A stretch of DNA of 64,000 bases from Octopus vulgaris. Its lineage: Eukaryota. Location: positions 1,860,001 to 1,924,000 of the forward strand of contig OX597820.1 of the NCBI GenBank assembly GCA_951406725.2, written 5' to 3'. The position numbers and the translations under genes are program-made. Below are positions 12,523-24,624 of this stretch, one piece after another (position 1 is the stretch's first letter; each line of letters begins with the position of its first letter). Under the pieces are notes generated by a model, which saw only the letters and a program-made list of their open reading frames with translations, did not search any database and was not told the DNA's origin.

Positions 12523-13950
12523 CCCTTCAACTTAACATCAAGGAACTGAGACATCCCAAATCAAAGAAAAACTTACAACCAAAAGCCTTACCATACATCT
12601 CCACACACAACCCTCTCAATAACGAAGCCTTCGGCACCATCCTCCACAACATACCCCTCCTAAAAAAAGACCACAGAATGAACACAATCCTCCAAACACA
12701 CACGATCATAAAAAGCAAAAGACAGCCTAGATCCATGAAAAGTCTCCTAACACAAGCCCGAATTCACTCTTCAACACAGAAGCCGACAGTAAAAAAATGT
12801 GGAAGACCCAATTGCGGGATATGCGACTATCTAATTGAGGGATCAGAGTTCTCCTTCAAACAGGGACAACGGTTTACAGTGAAAAGCAACTTCACATGTG
12901 CTTCGGAGAACCTAATATACTCACTAACCTGCTCCGGGTGTCAAGAGCAGTACATAGGCCAAACAAAAAATGGTTTGCGTAAACGAATGGCCCTGCACAG
13001 ATCCCAGATAAAAATTCCCCAAAACAGAAAAATAGCTTTTAGCCAACACATAGATACTTGCACCAACAAAAAAACACCAAACTTCAGGATTTTCCCCCTC
13101 TACCAATTTAGGACGATACAACCTCGAGACAACGAATAAGTAAAGAAAATCTCTTTATTACAAAATACAAGCCACTTCTTAACGGGTCTACGACAAACAA
13201 TTAATATACCTCAACTTTAGAATAAAAGAAATATATATACACACACAAATATTACACTCCATAGAATCCATTACTAATCAGCCCCATCACAGCTATACTT
13301 TCACCCATTCATATTCTCCCTTCTCTGTTTTTTTCTTCTTCTTCTTCCTCTTCTTCTTCTTCCTCTTCTTCTTCATCATCATCATTATCATCATCATCGT
13401 CGTCATCATCATCACCACCATCATCACCATCATCTTCTCCTTCTCCTTCTTCTTCTTCTTCTTCTTCTTCTTCATCATCATCATCATCAACATCGTCATC
13501 TTCTTCTTCTTCTACTTCTCCACCTTCCACCCCTTAACCTTGTCACTAATGTCTTTCAGTATAACGCCTACGCAAATTCCATAAACAATTCCTGAATTGA
13601 ACTGCGACTACTGTCAGCCACTGACCATTCAAAATACGACCATCAAGGCATTCCCAGATTTCCCCACACCCTCTCCACATCAGCCTCCTTATTCTTCACC
13701 TACCCTACCAAGAACTCAAAACGACCTCGAACACACAAGTGCAAACAAGGGAGTCAGAGAAAGGCAGAATGCTACTTATATCTGAACACTACTATAGAAA
13801 TATTCTTTTAAAAAACTTTTCTTCTAATTTTTCTAAATTTAATTATTTAATCGTTACAGTTGAAAAGGTCTCAAAATGACCGAAACCGGTACTGAAAGAT
13901 TCACTATAAAATTATCTTAGCATTTTCTATTTTTGACTTGTTTTTTCATA
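12523..13950 (+). mobile_element. Penelope-like element (Neptune-type) 3' part: Cys-rich linker, GIY-YIG endonuclease and 3' terminal repeat with hammerhead-like motif
   Basis: ORF 12678-13139 has CGRPNCGIC, FTCASENLIYSLTCSGC..YIGQT..LRKRMALH; hammerhead-like motif at 13857-13894. Confidence 0.85.
13857..13894 (+). ncRNA. Minimal type I hammerhead ribozyme motif with U3-A8 core variant
   Basis: CAG-UUGAAAA-GGUC(ucaaaau)GACC-GAAA-CCGGUA-CUG; palindromic stem III ACCGGU; GUA cleavage triplet. Confidence 0.6.
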
Positions 13951-13957
13951 TATATAT

Positions 13958-14601
13958 CATCATCATCATCATCATCATTTAGCGTCCGTTTTCCATGCTA
14001 GCATGGGTTGGACAGTTCTGCTGGGGTCTGTGAAGCCAGAAGGCTTCATCAGGCCCAGTCAAATCTGGCAGTGTTTCTACGGCTGGATGCCCTTCCTAAC
14101 GCCAACCACTCCGTGAGTGTAGTGGGTGCTTTTTACGTGCCACCCGCACTGGTGCCAGACAGAGCTGGCAAACGGCCACGAACAGATGGTGCTTTTTATG
14201 TGCCACCGGCACGAGGGCCAGGCGAGGCTGGCAACGGACACGAAACGGGGCGGTGCTGGCAACGGTCGCGAAACGGAAAGTTCTCTTACATGCCACCGGC
14301 ACTGGTAACACATCTGCAATTTCCATTGATCGATTTCCATTGATCGATTTCGATTCTGATCCTCACTTGCCTCAATGGGTCTTCACAAGCAGAGTTTCGA
14401 CATGCCACCGGCACTGGTAGCACATCCGCAATTTCCATTGATCGATTACGATTCTGATCCTCACTTGCCTCAACACGTCTTCACAAGTAGAGTTTTGTGT
14501 CCCAAGAAGGGAAGGTATGCATACGTAGGCTGGCTCCATCCCATGTAGAAGGCCACGGGTTGTGGACTCACTTGTCCTGCCGGGTCTTCTCGCGCACAGC
14601 A
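13958..14601 (-). mobile_element. 3' end of RTE-clade LINE / RTE-tailed repeat with (GAT)n tail
   Basis: Same 3' UTR as the RTE copies at 32328-33052, 37411-38317 and 38608-39345; shorter tails recur at about 15405, 28160, 35840, 40565, 42415 and 44650. Confidence 0.8.
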
Positions 14602-14686
14602 CACATACAAATATATACACACACACATACATATATATACACACACACATATATATATACAAATATATATATATACATATATATAT

Positions 14687-14739
<53 letters not shown>

Positions 14740-14741
<2 letters not shown>

Positions 14742-14990
14742 ATTGTTATCGCCATATTACTATGGCATTCTTATAGATATAAGATTAATCGCTGCCGCTG
14801 GTCAGCTCCATGAGGCCACCGCCTTAAGATAGCTATTGATACACGATCTGTATCCATTAGAACCTTCTGGCCATGTCTGTGAGAGATTTCCCTCCAGTGA
14901 TCTTAAGGCGGTGGCCTCATGGAGCTGACCAGCGGCAGCGATTATTCTTATATCTATAAGAATGCCATTGTAATATGGCGATAACAATTA
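14740..14990. repeat. Foldback element: about 90-bp near-perfect inverted arms around a 69-bp spacer
   Basis: 14740-14830 is the reverse complement of 14900-14990 with few mismatches. Confidence 0.9.
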
Positions 14991-15048
14991 ATTTCCAGTA
15001 AACGCTGCCGTAATCTCTTTTATAGAGACTTAGTAATTTTAATATTTC

Positions 15049-15083
<35 letters not shown>

Positions 15084-15233
15084 CCTATCAGATCGTCATT
15101 GGAGTAACTGTGGCAAGGGAACAATATAATTACCCACAATTCTCTCTCTCTCTTTCTCTCTCTCTCCCTCCCCCCTCTCTCTCTCCCCACTTCATTCACC
15201 AATAATATAAAAACAGGCAAAACTCTGTCAACT

Positions 15234-15280
15234 GACATTTCTGATGAAACTACAGAAGTACTTGAAAGCGCTTAAATATC
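15234..15280 (+). ncRNA. Minimal type I hammerhead ribozyme motif
   Basis: GACAUUU-CUGAUGA-AACUAC(agaa)GUACUU-GAAA-GCGCUU-AAAUAUC; palindromic stem III AGCGCU; one mismatch each in stems I and II. Confidence 0.6.
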
Positions 15281-15375
15281 TAATTAAATGTGATTTGAAG
15301 AAATAATATGTGATATGTAAATAAATATGAATTTGTTTATATGCAACTATCTAGCATTCTGAACGCCTTTTTCTG

Positions 15376-15407
<32 letters not shown>

Positions 15408-16109
15408 CTGGCAATGTTTCTACAGCTGGCTGCCCTTCCTAACACCAACCACTCTGGGAGTGTAGTGGGTGCTTTTTACGTGCCACCAGCACAGGAGCCA
15501 GTCAAGTGGGCCTGGCATCGATCATGTTCAGATAGTGCTTTTTACATGTCACCAGCACGAGCCAGAGAGGGGGCACTGGCATCGGCAATTTTTGATTGGT
15601 GCTTTTTATGTGCCACCAGCATGGGAGCCAGTCAGGCATCGACCGCGTTCGGTTGCTAGGTCTACCTGGTATGGGGAGCCAGATGTGACTGTTTAACCCT
15701 CAGCGTACCAACTATTTTCATAGTTACAGTTCCTAATCACCTTGATGGGTTGGTTTGCCATTAGATTTAGACTCTGGTTTTAAATATAGGCTGGTGTTGT
15801 TGTTGTTGTTATGTAGGTCCATCTCTGCTCTTATTGAGCTGTTATTTTTAATACAACACAGAAAAATTTGAAGGGGATTTGGCTGCCACTTCTAGCAAAT
15901 CAAGTAATTGTGTAAAGGCTCCTTTACTGGGTATGTTTGGCAGGGTGTGTCGTCTGCTGGTGTCAGCCATCAAGTGAATAATCTGTTTGACTCTGAGTGA
16001 CACCATGATGAGAGGGACAACATCTTAGACGTTTGTTTAAAATTGAATATTAAATATTTCTGTTTAATTTTTGCTGCTGATGGTCTGTGATTAGAATAGT
16101 GTTTTCATA

Positions 16110-16520
16110 GGTGCAGCTATGACTGTGGGGTTTGGAAAGTTGCTTCCCAACCACACGGTTCAGGGTTCAGTCCCACTGCGCGGCACCTTGGGCAAATGTC
16201 TTCTACTGTAGCCTTGGGCCAATCGAAGCCTTGTAAGTTGATTTGGTAGATAAAAACTGAAAGAAGGCTGTTGTGTGTGTGTTTGTATATCTATATTTGT
16301 GTATTTGTGTGTACCTTTGTCTTCACATTGCATAATGGTTGTAAACACAAATGACTGACTTAGAAGAAATGTTGTTTATTTCCAATCCTCCATGAAAGCA
16401 TGTTTAGTCATGAAAGAATATGTGAAGGTTGGTGACAGGGAGGGCAGCCAGCTGTAGAAAATCTGCCTCAAAGAATTCTGTCTGAGCCATGCCAGCAAGG
16501 AAAAACAGATGTTAAATGAT
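16110..16520 (+). mobile_element. tRNA-derived SINE family B (octopus OK/OR-like), one of many copies
   Basis: GGTTCAGTCCCACTGCGCGGCACCTTGGGCAA head; copies at 33577, 35215, 39580-39960(-), 51207-51605(-), 54430-54765(-), 57838-58190, 59030-59190(-), 62057-62440 and 62445-62960(-). Confidence 0.8.
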
Positions 16521-17509
16521 GATGATGATGATGATAGGGTATTAAGAAAGAATCAAGAAGACTCGTCCGAGTATGTCCGACTGACAATGTCTACTTCACT
16601 GTTTGATGTTGCAGTCAGTTATGAAAGTATTTAGCTCAGCAATACGCATCCCTAGTGGCATAAAAACCTGATCATACTTGAGAAACAGTGGTTTATTTGT
16701 CAACAAGGAAACCTCTACGTGGCTTCCTTGAAAAAGCAACCAATTTTTGGAAGAACATTGGATAATGTAGTTCTTGATACACTATGCTAGGATCATCATA
16801 ACTGGAATGGCTTTGATCAAAAGTTTGTTTCTTCAGTTAGGACACACCTGGGGCTAAACAACACCAGCCAGATGATCCACTGAAGTCAAAATTCCTTTTT
16901 TCTTGTTCTTTTTCTGTCTTGCAAGTAACATGGCAACCTCACTAATGTTGGCGGCATGAAAAAAAGCATTAGGAAGGACACCAAGCCATAGGAACCCTAC
17001 CAAAGATGACATTGGAGCCTGACGCAGCCCTGCAACTTGTTGGTTCTCTGTCAAACCATCGTGACCTATGCCAGCATGGAAGGCAGGCATTAAATGATGA
17101 TGAGGATGAAGGACAATGTTAGAATGTGAAAATGATAAACTCTTGATCTTTTAATATACTGAAAACTACTTTTATGTTAAGTTTGGTTAATCATGTGGTT
17201 CTTGGCTGAGAATAGCTTCAATTACAGCAGCATCATCATCATCATCATCATCATCATCTAATATCCCTTTTTCCATGCTGGTCTGATTTCTCTTAAATAT
17301 TGTTGTTCAGTCTTCCACTTGGTCTATTACTTCTGTCTTAATGAGAATTATTATTATCGTTTACTTCCAAAATAATGATTCTTAAAACAGCCAGGTTCAA
17401 CTTTTTTTTCCAGTAACAAGTCCTCACCTCTAAAATAGAAAATCTACTTCCTTTTATTTTTATAATTATTTTTAATGATTTTTAAAAAGAATTTATTTTC
17501 TTTATTCAG

Positions 17510-17629
17510 ATGCTAAAAGATCCTTCTCGAGAAAAATTACTGCCTGACCCTTTGCAATATCCCTATGCTCAGCCACCTTATCCTTTAGTTTTAGAAATGA
17601 CTGGTGTCCTGGTACACCCTGACTGGACG
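17510..17629 (+). pseudogene. TIMM50: Isolated TIM50 (mitochondrial inner-membrane translocase subunit) exon with non-canonical donor
   Basis: ttttctttattcag acceptor, then [40 protein letters not shown] (40 aa; LLPDPL..QPPY.LVLE.TGVL.HP.W is the TIM50 signature); followed by CTAAGT rather than GTAAGT; no other TIM50 exon recognised. Confidence 0.8.
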
Positions 17630-17874
17630 CTAAGTATTGTTTTTATTGCTGCATGTTGTTCATTGTTGTAACAAAGAAACTGGAGTTAAAATAGATCAAT
17701 CTACTTTACTATTTTAAAGTTTGCATTTCATTGAGGGCTTACTGTGCGTTTCAGCCCTTCACGGTTGATTAAATAGATACCAGTTATAGACTTGATGATA
17801 AAATAATCACGAACACCCCTTCCCCTTCTCATATTCAAATTTATTAGAGTATAAGATAAGTTGAGAGTTTGTAT

Positions 17875-18612
17875 TCTGTTGCTAACACCTCATTGTGCCT
17901 GTTGCTAATATTGTACATTTCTGTTGCAAATGTTGCACACTGCCTGTTGCAGATACTGCACAGTGCCTGTTGCTAACACCCAGCAGTGCTTGTTATTAAT
18001 GCTGAATAGTGCCTGCTGTCAATGCCAAGCAGTGCCTGTTGCTAATGCAGGGCAGTGTCTGTTGCTAATGACAAGCAGCTCTTGCTGCTAACGTGGGTCA
18101 CTGCCTGCAGCTAATGCCAGGAATTGCCTGTCGCTAGCGCCAACAGGTACCTGCTGCTAGTGCAGGGCATCACCTGTTGCCAATGCTGGGGCAGACCTGT
18201 TGTTAGCACTGGGCAGGCCTGTTGCGAACGCCAGGAAGACCTGTTGCCAAAGCCAGGCAGCACCTGTTGCTAATGCCGACAAACACTACCTGTTGCTGAC
18301 ACTGCACAATGCCTGTTTCTAACCATGCACAGTGCCTGTACCTGACACTGTGACATTGTGCTGTATTGCACTGCTGTCTCTTACCAATACTGCTTTTCTC
18401 TGTTGCTCACACTATACTACTGCCTGTTGCTAGCACTGCATTGTTGCATGTTGCTAACTCTGCTCCTCCCCCACCTCCCCTGTTGCTACCATTTTTCTGC
18501 TGCTAACATTATCGTTGTCAGATGATAGCATTGTATTGTTACTAACACAACGTAATTGTCTGTTGCTAGCACTATTGCTGTCTGTTGCTAACACTGTATT
18601 GTACCTGTTACT
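17875..18612. repeat. Degenerate tandem array of about 22-bp units (core GTGCCTGTTGCTAA)
   Basis: CTGTTGC(T/C)A recurs at roughly 22-bp spacing over about 740 bp. Confidence 0.85.
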
Positions 18613-18884
18613 CGGACATTTTGCCTCTCAAATCTCCACATCCTGATTTTTGATAAGGGCATGTATAACAGATCGGTTTCTCTCTCCAGACAATGTTTTC
18701 AGGTTGTTATGGGCAAGCATCATTTTCTTTCTTTACATAAACTAAATATGCCACCACTCAAAGAATTTCTCTCCTCACTGTAGACAATGACAAAAGCTTC
18801 AAGAGTGCCATTAGCCAGTGTTCTTCATTGTCAATAAACATTAACAAGGAACATCAGCCATTCAAAAATGCTGTCTCTTTCAAA

Positions 18885-19226
18885 ACTGATTCTGAGAATG
18901 GAGAGGCAAGTTTTGTCTCGGGACAGTTTCAATAAAAAGGTGGGTGAATATAGCAAAGATGGTACGCACGAATGACAAAACCACTTTAAGCATGATCCTG
19001 TAAATCGAAAAAAGAGAGAGTACTCTGTTTTCATGTATCTATTTCCTCCCTGTCCGAGGTTACCGTGGTCTTCTCCATAGGCCTTTCTTCCCACGGATAA
19101 ACCTAATCTTTCTTTTTACATTTTTAATATTTTCTGTGATACACGATCCCTTTTGATTCAAAAAGAAAAGTTCTACATTGTATTTTGTCCCCTCTGTGTT
19201 CGGCCCTGTGTGGCTAATAAAGAAAC
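18885..19226 (+). mobile_element. 3' end of an L1/Tx1-like LINE
   Basis: LRMERQVLSRDSFNK(frameshift)RWVNIAKMVRTNDKTTLSMIL* resembles a Tx1-type ORF2 C-terminus; T-rich UTR ending in AATAAAGAAA. Confidence 0.55.
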
Positions 19227-19254
19227 TTTACCTATTTGTCTATCTATCTATCTA

Positions 19255-19301
<47 letters not shown>

Positions 19302-20307
19302 ATCTATCTATCTGTTTATTTCTCTAAACCAGTCTTCTTCAACCATTTTCCCCCTATGAACCCTTTTATTCTCGTTTTAGATGTTTTAAAAATCCTGTTA
19401 TATTTTAATAATTAAATATTATAAGAAATTGTATTAAAAAAATAACATCTTTCATAAAAAAGAAAACAAATTAGTTTTAAATCTTTGAGCGAGAAGTAAT
19501 AACAATACTACAGAGTAAAGTCTATTTGCCAACAAAGTGATTAGGACGATGTGGGGACTTTAGCTCCCTTGTTCGAGGTATCTTAAGGGCGCAGTTGTGA
19601 GTTGATAGCCAACTTGAAAAGATGTTTCCCTGGGGCTAAAAAACGGAATAACATCGTAACATCGTCCTAATTAGGACTGCTACTTTACTCAATATAATTA
19701 ATGTATTGTAGAAATTTAACCAATTTATTAAACAAATTTTAACAACAAAATCTTCCATGGGTCGTATAGCCCCCGAATGAGGACCACTGATGTAAACCTT
19801 TAAGACTGAGCTCCAGCATGACCGTAATCCAGTGACCGAAACAAGCAAAAGATTACTATGTGTTTATAAAATTCTTCGTTATATTTGTCAGTGTCGCTGT
19901 CTCCGTTTTTCAATCGGGACTCCACGCTATCAGCAGGTTATTTAGGACCAAGTCGTCACAATCTCCTCAACTTCCGTCGCCCTGCTCGCATTGGCTGTTT
20001 GCTCTTCTCCTACTACAATTTTATTGTTAACCGACATGATTTGATCATGACGCAGAGCAGTGGGGGGAAAATATTTTTCTCGGCCTCACCTAGTTGAACA
20101 GGTGAGAAAGACAGACAGACACTAATTACCTGGATTGAAGTACCTGCCCAAGTGAGTGTCACACAGAGAGAGGGAGAGGGAGAACTAGATATTGAGTGAG
20201 TGCTAGTGTGAGCTAGAGAGAGAGGGACAGTGAGAGAAAGACGGAAAGCAACGTTGCTTACCTGTAGGAAGTCAGATTAATCTAGGTTGAATGATTTAAT
20301 ATTCGCC

Positions 20308-20374
20308 ATGTCTCCCTCAAGTTCTTACCAGTTCCTGGTGATTTTGATCTTCATAACGGTGTCCATTAAATACA
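20308..20374 (+). CDS. Ly6/uPAR three-finger GPI protein A, coding exon 1 (signal peptide)
   Basis: GCCATG context; MSPSSSYQFLVILIFITVSIKY plus 1 nt; GTAAGT donor; phase 1 joins exon 2 in frame. Confidence 0.8.
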
Positions 20375-21519
20375 GTAAGTGAATATATCTTCTTATTTCA
20401 ACCACCTTCATTAACTTAATCACACGCATATACGTATAGTTATACCTATATTATATCTCCCCTGATTAATTAGATTAACTTAGGGCATGGATGATAGGTA
20501 TTAAGTTAAAAAAAATAAATGCTTTTTCTTTGATGTTTATATTCCTTTTTGTTCCTTTTTCAACACGAAATGGTCAAATGTGTGTTTTTAAAACTGTGAC
20601 CTATATATACTATAAAACGACCGAGTGGTGTATTATAAAGAAAATATAATTGGGTTGAATGTTTTTGTTACAATACTGTGATGTACTACGAAGTTTATTC
20701 TATGTACAAAGCTTGCTAAATTTTTGACCTTTTAGCCAAGACTATAGACAAACACTAGAGAAGTTTTGATTCTCTAAATTTGGTGTATCGGTTAAGAAAA
20801 AATTAACACCTGAGGTACACTTAATGTCCTATTTTTATTTACTGTTTAGTCTTAATTTTATTCCCCGAAATATCCAATGGAGATTCTATTTATTCATTTT
20901 TGCATCTTTTAGAAATTTATTTCTGTTATTATTTATTATATCTTTATTGTTGTTGTTTTCCCTTTTGAGCCGTGTCAACCCCACCTTTTTATGTTGTCCT
21001 CAATATCTTGGGCCGTTGTCGATAAATCATCACCATCATTAATATTTGTTCTTCTTTTGTTTTCTTCTTTAACTAACAATTTAAGAAGATTAAACGTTCT
21101 GATTTCATAAAGTTCAGCTTTGTTTTCTGTTGTGTTTGTGGCGGGTTGATTTCAATGAAACGTGTTGCGTTCCAGATTTTATGTAAACAATAAAAGACTC
21201 CCCTGCCAATTATGATGGTCATATTCTTCAAGCTAATAAACTACATAATTAGCTGTTCGCAGTAATACATTGAAAGTTAACAACTATTTTGATTGCTTTT
21301 CACTGTCTCAATAAATATCGAGGCCATATTTGCCTCTGGAATCATGACACTATTGATTTAATTCAATGTCTAAATTGGTTTTATGCATTTTTGTTCCCCG
21401 AAAAACTTAGCGAGTGACCGTCAGCTTCCAACGGATAAACTTCTGGGAGCCGCAATGTGGGTCACTCGACCTGTTAGAAATAGCAACCGAATTATCCCGA
21501 TATCACTCTGCCATCATTA

Positions 21520-21558
<39 letters not shown>

Positions 21559-23984
21559 ATTGAAGTCGTCAGAGCTATCCTCCTCTAGGAAGACTGATTG
21601 GTCACGATTGGAAATGCCGACGATCATTGATAAGTTCGATCATGGTTAACTCAAAGTTAATCAACAATTGTCCGTGTTGAGTATGTTTTTTTTTCTTTCT
21701 TTTGTATATCCGAAATCGAGAGAGGGAGAAAGTAAGAGAAATTGGTAGAGAGTTTTGCGTTAGGATTCAACGGAGTGTTAGGTAACAATTCGATTATGTA
21801 ACCCTGCGCTAACATTCCATTGAATTCCTAGCCCGAAACCGATTGGTAAGACCGACCGTAATGGATATATAGCATTATACATTTCGGATAATCTACCCAC
21901 GCTGTTGACACTGCATTTTCCCCCTGACTTATGGACCCTTTGACAATTTACACGAATAGATATACTGTGACGTGTGTGTGTTTCAATCCAATAACAACTT
22001 TTAATTCTGTGAAACTGGATCGTTTTGGAAAGCATTAAGGTGGCTGGATCGATCAGGTATATAATGCAAATTTATATTTTTCAACATTTCGTAGTGTCTT
22101 TATCTTTTCTTGTTTCACTCATTGGATTGTGGCCATGCTGGGGCACCACTTTGAAGCGTTTAGGTGAAAAAGTCAACCCCATTGCTTATGAGTCTGGTAT
22201 TTATTCTATTGGCCTTGTTACCAAACTACCAAGTTATGGGGATGTAAAAAAAACCAACATCAGTTGAATGTTGTGAAGGGGACAAACTCAAAGACACTCA
22301 CTCACACACAGATGTATATACCTATATAATCCAGGCTTCTGCACAGTTTCCATCTATCATATTCACTCACAAAGCATTGATCAACCCAAGGCTATAGTAG
22401 AAGACACTTTCCAAAGGAGTCACACATGGATTTGAACCTGAAACCACATGGTTGCAAAGCAAGCTGCTTAACCGAAAGAATTGAGTTCCTGTTCCAGCCA
22501 TCTTCACATTCTTAATAATTTCTTAGTTTGGCACCAAAATATTGGATGCACAGATGAGTCTTTGAGTTAGCTTTGTCATCCATACACACAAACATTGCAC
22601 ATCTAATGAGGCACAGTGCGGTTTCAGGCACGGGCAGACTGGGTAGTTGCTCAGAGGGGTCACATGGGTCTAGGGGTCCAATTCTAGTCTATGGATGCTG
22701 TGATTTGCTGTCAAGAAATAAATAGTAGAGAGCCCAGTACATTGATTTGCCTGGAGACCTCTTATGCTGCTAAGACGACTCAGATGGAGCATGCTTGCTT
22801 CATTTCTTTCTACCCTTTGCATGTCCTCTACATTCAGGGCCCATGTTTCACTACCATGTAGCATTGCAGTTCATGCACAGGCATCATACAGTCTGGCTTC
22901 CCTCAATGGAGAAAGCAGCACTCGGAACTTTCTCCAGCCTGTTCTTACTCTGGTCACTCTATGTCCAGAATGTCTTTCACTGTTGCTGATTAGGTCACCT
23001 TGCTAAGAGATGAAAATCTTGCTTCCCAACAATGTGATCTTGGATTCAGTCCCACTGCTTGGCACCATGAGCAAGTGTCTTCTATTATAGCCCCAGGTCA
23101 AATAAAGACCTGTGAGTGGTACACGGATACCCTTACATACCTCAGCTGTCTATTATGATGGCTGTTCACTCTGTTAAACCTTGTACAGGGTCAGAATGGT
23201 ATCAAGTGTATTATATTTTGAACCACAAGGCAAGCAAAACAACACTTGATTTAATGGTGTTTTCTAATGTTTTAGCATTTAACAGTGTTGCATGCTGCAT
23301 CAAACACTCTTTTACAAGCACTTAAGCCAAGCCTTTGGTCTGACAAAACTTTGCTCTCTGACCATTCTTAAAGACCTTGTAAAAAGAGCTACAGGATGCT
23401 ACCATTTCTCATCTGGTTAAGTCAGTAAAAAAAGATAATTTATTGGGTTTAGGCTACTTTTGAATTCAAAGACACCTAAGTGGATATTGGAAGGCAACAC
23501 AAAACTTCAAAGAATAAGCATCAAACTATCTTTTCTTTTCCACCTGAGGTAACCATGCATCTCCTCTATAGCCAGACACCTGTATCTGTTCTTCTATCAT
23601 AGTTTAACCTCTCATCACCTGACATGAAGCCACCCCTTTCAATCCTACCCAAACCCCTCAGTTGAAGGCTTGTCTTGTGAATTACTTGGCAACCTCACAG
23701 GTGCTGGTGCCACACAAAAACCACCCAGCACACTCTGTAAAGTGGTTGGCACTTAGAAGGGCATCCTACCATAGAAACCATTCCAAAGTAGAGCCTGCAG
23801 TTTGATACAGTTCTTTCATTTCTTTCCCCAGTTCCTGTCAAACCAACCTCTGATGGAAGAGGGATCTTATGTGATGACGATGATAATGACATTTTTGTGA
23901 TTTGTGTTTGAATCTTATGAAGATTACTGTTTCTTTTTTTTTTCCTTCTTCTCATTAACTGTTTCTTTCTTGATCCCCTTTCAG

Positions 23985-24116
23985 CTGATGCCATAATGTG
24001 CCATCGCTGCTACAGTGCCATGGGTGGTTGTGGCTACGACGTCAACTGGCGAATGTATCCATGGCGGTCTTGCCCTGACTCAGAGTTTTGCGTCAAAGTT
24101 ATGGAAAAAGTTGGAA
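23985..24116 (+). CDS. Ly6 protein A, exon 2
   Basis: Pyrimidine-rich acceptor ending tcag; (T)DAIMCHRCYSAMGGCGYDVNWRMYPWRSCPDSEFCVKVMEKVG; GTAAGT donor; phase 1-1. Confidence 0.9.
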
Positions 24117-24624
24117 GTAAGTCTCCTGCATTCATTTTTATGTTTTCACATTCCGTGAATGGATTAAAATTATTATTTTCTTTTTATGTCCAGTTATAGG
24201 TGCTGGGGTGACTGTTTGGTAAGAAGCTTGATTTGGAACCAGGTGGTTGTGGGTTCAGTTTCACTGTGTGGTACCCTGGTCTTCTATTAGTGTCTCCTAT
24301 TATAGCCCAAAGCCAACCAAAATCTTGGGAGTGGATCTGATAGGTGGAAACTGAATGAAGCCCATTGAATGTGTGTATAGGTGGAGGAGTGACTGGACTG
24401 ATTGCTTCCGCTGAATGTCCTCCCTCAAACACTTCAAAACATCTCAGTAGAACTCTCAACAGTCTGGCCCTGGGGGTGGGGATGAATTCTTGATGCACAA
24501 TACCACATTTCTAGGGATGATGTTCATGGTGGGCCTTCCAGGTTGCTCCACTTTTGAGGTGACCGTGCCATTTGAGACTTTGTGTATGACCCATTGCCTC
24601 ATTACTGTAAACTTGCCAAAACAT

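Noticed and set aside
19540-19671. 13-bp perfect inverted repeat upstream of gene A
   Set aside because: Single short stem with no TSD, no second copy and no recognisable RNA motif.
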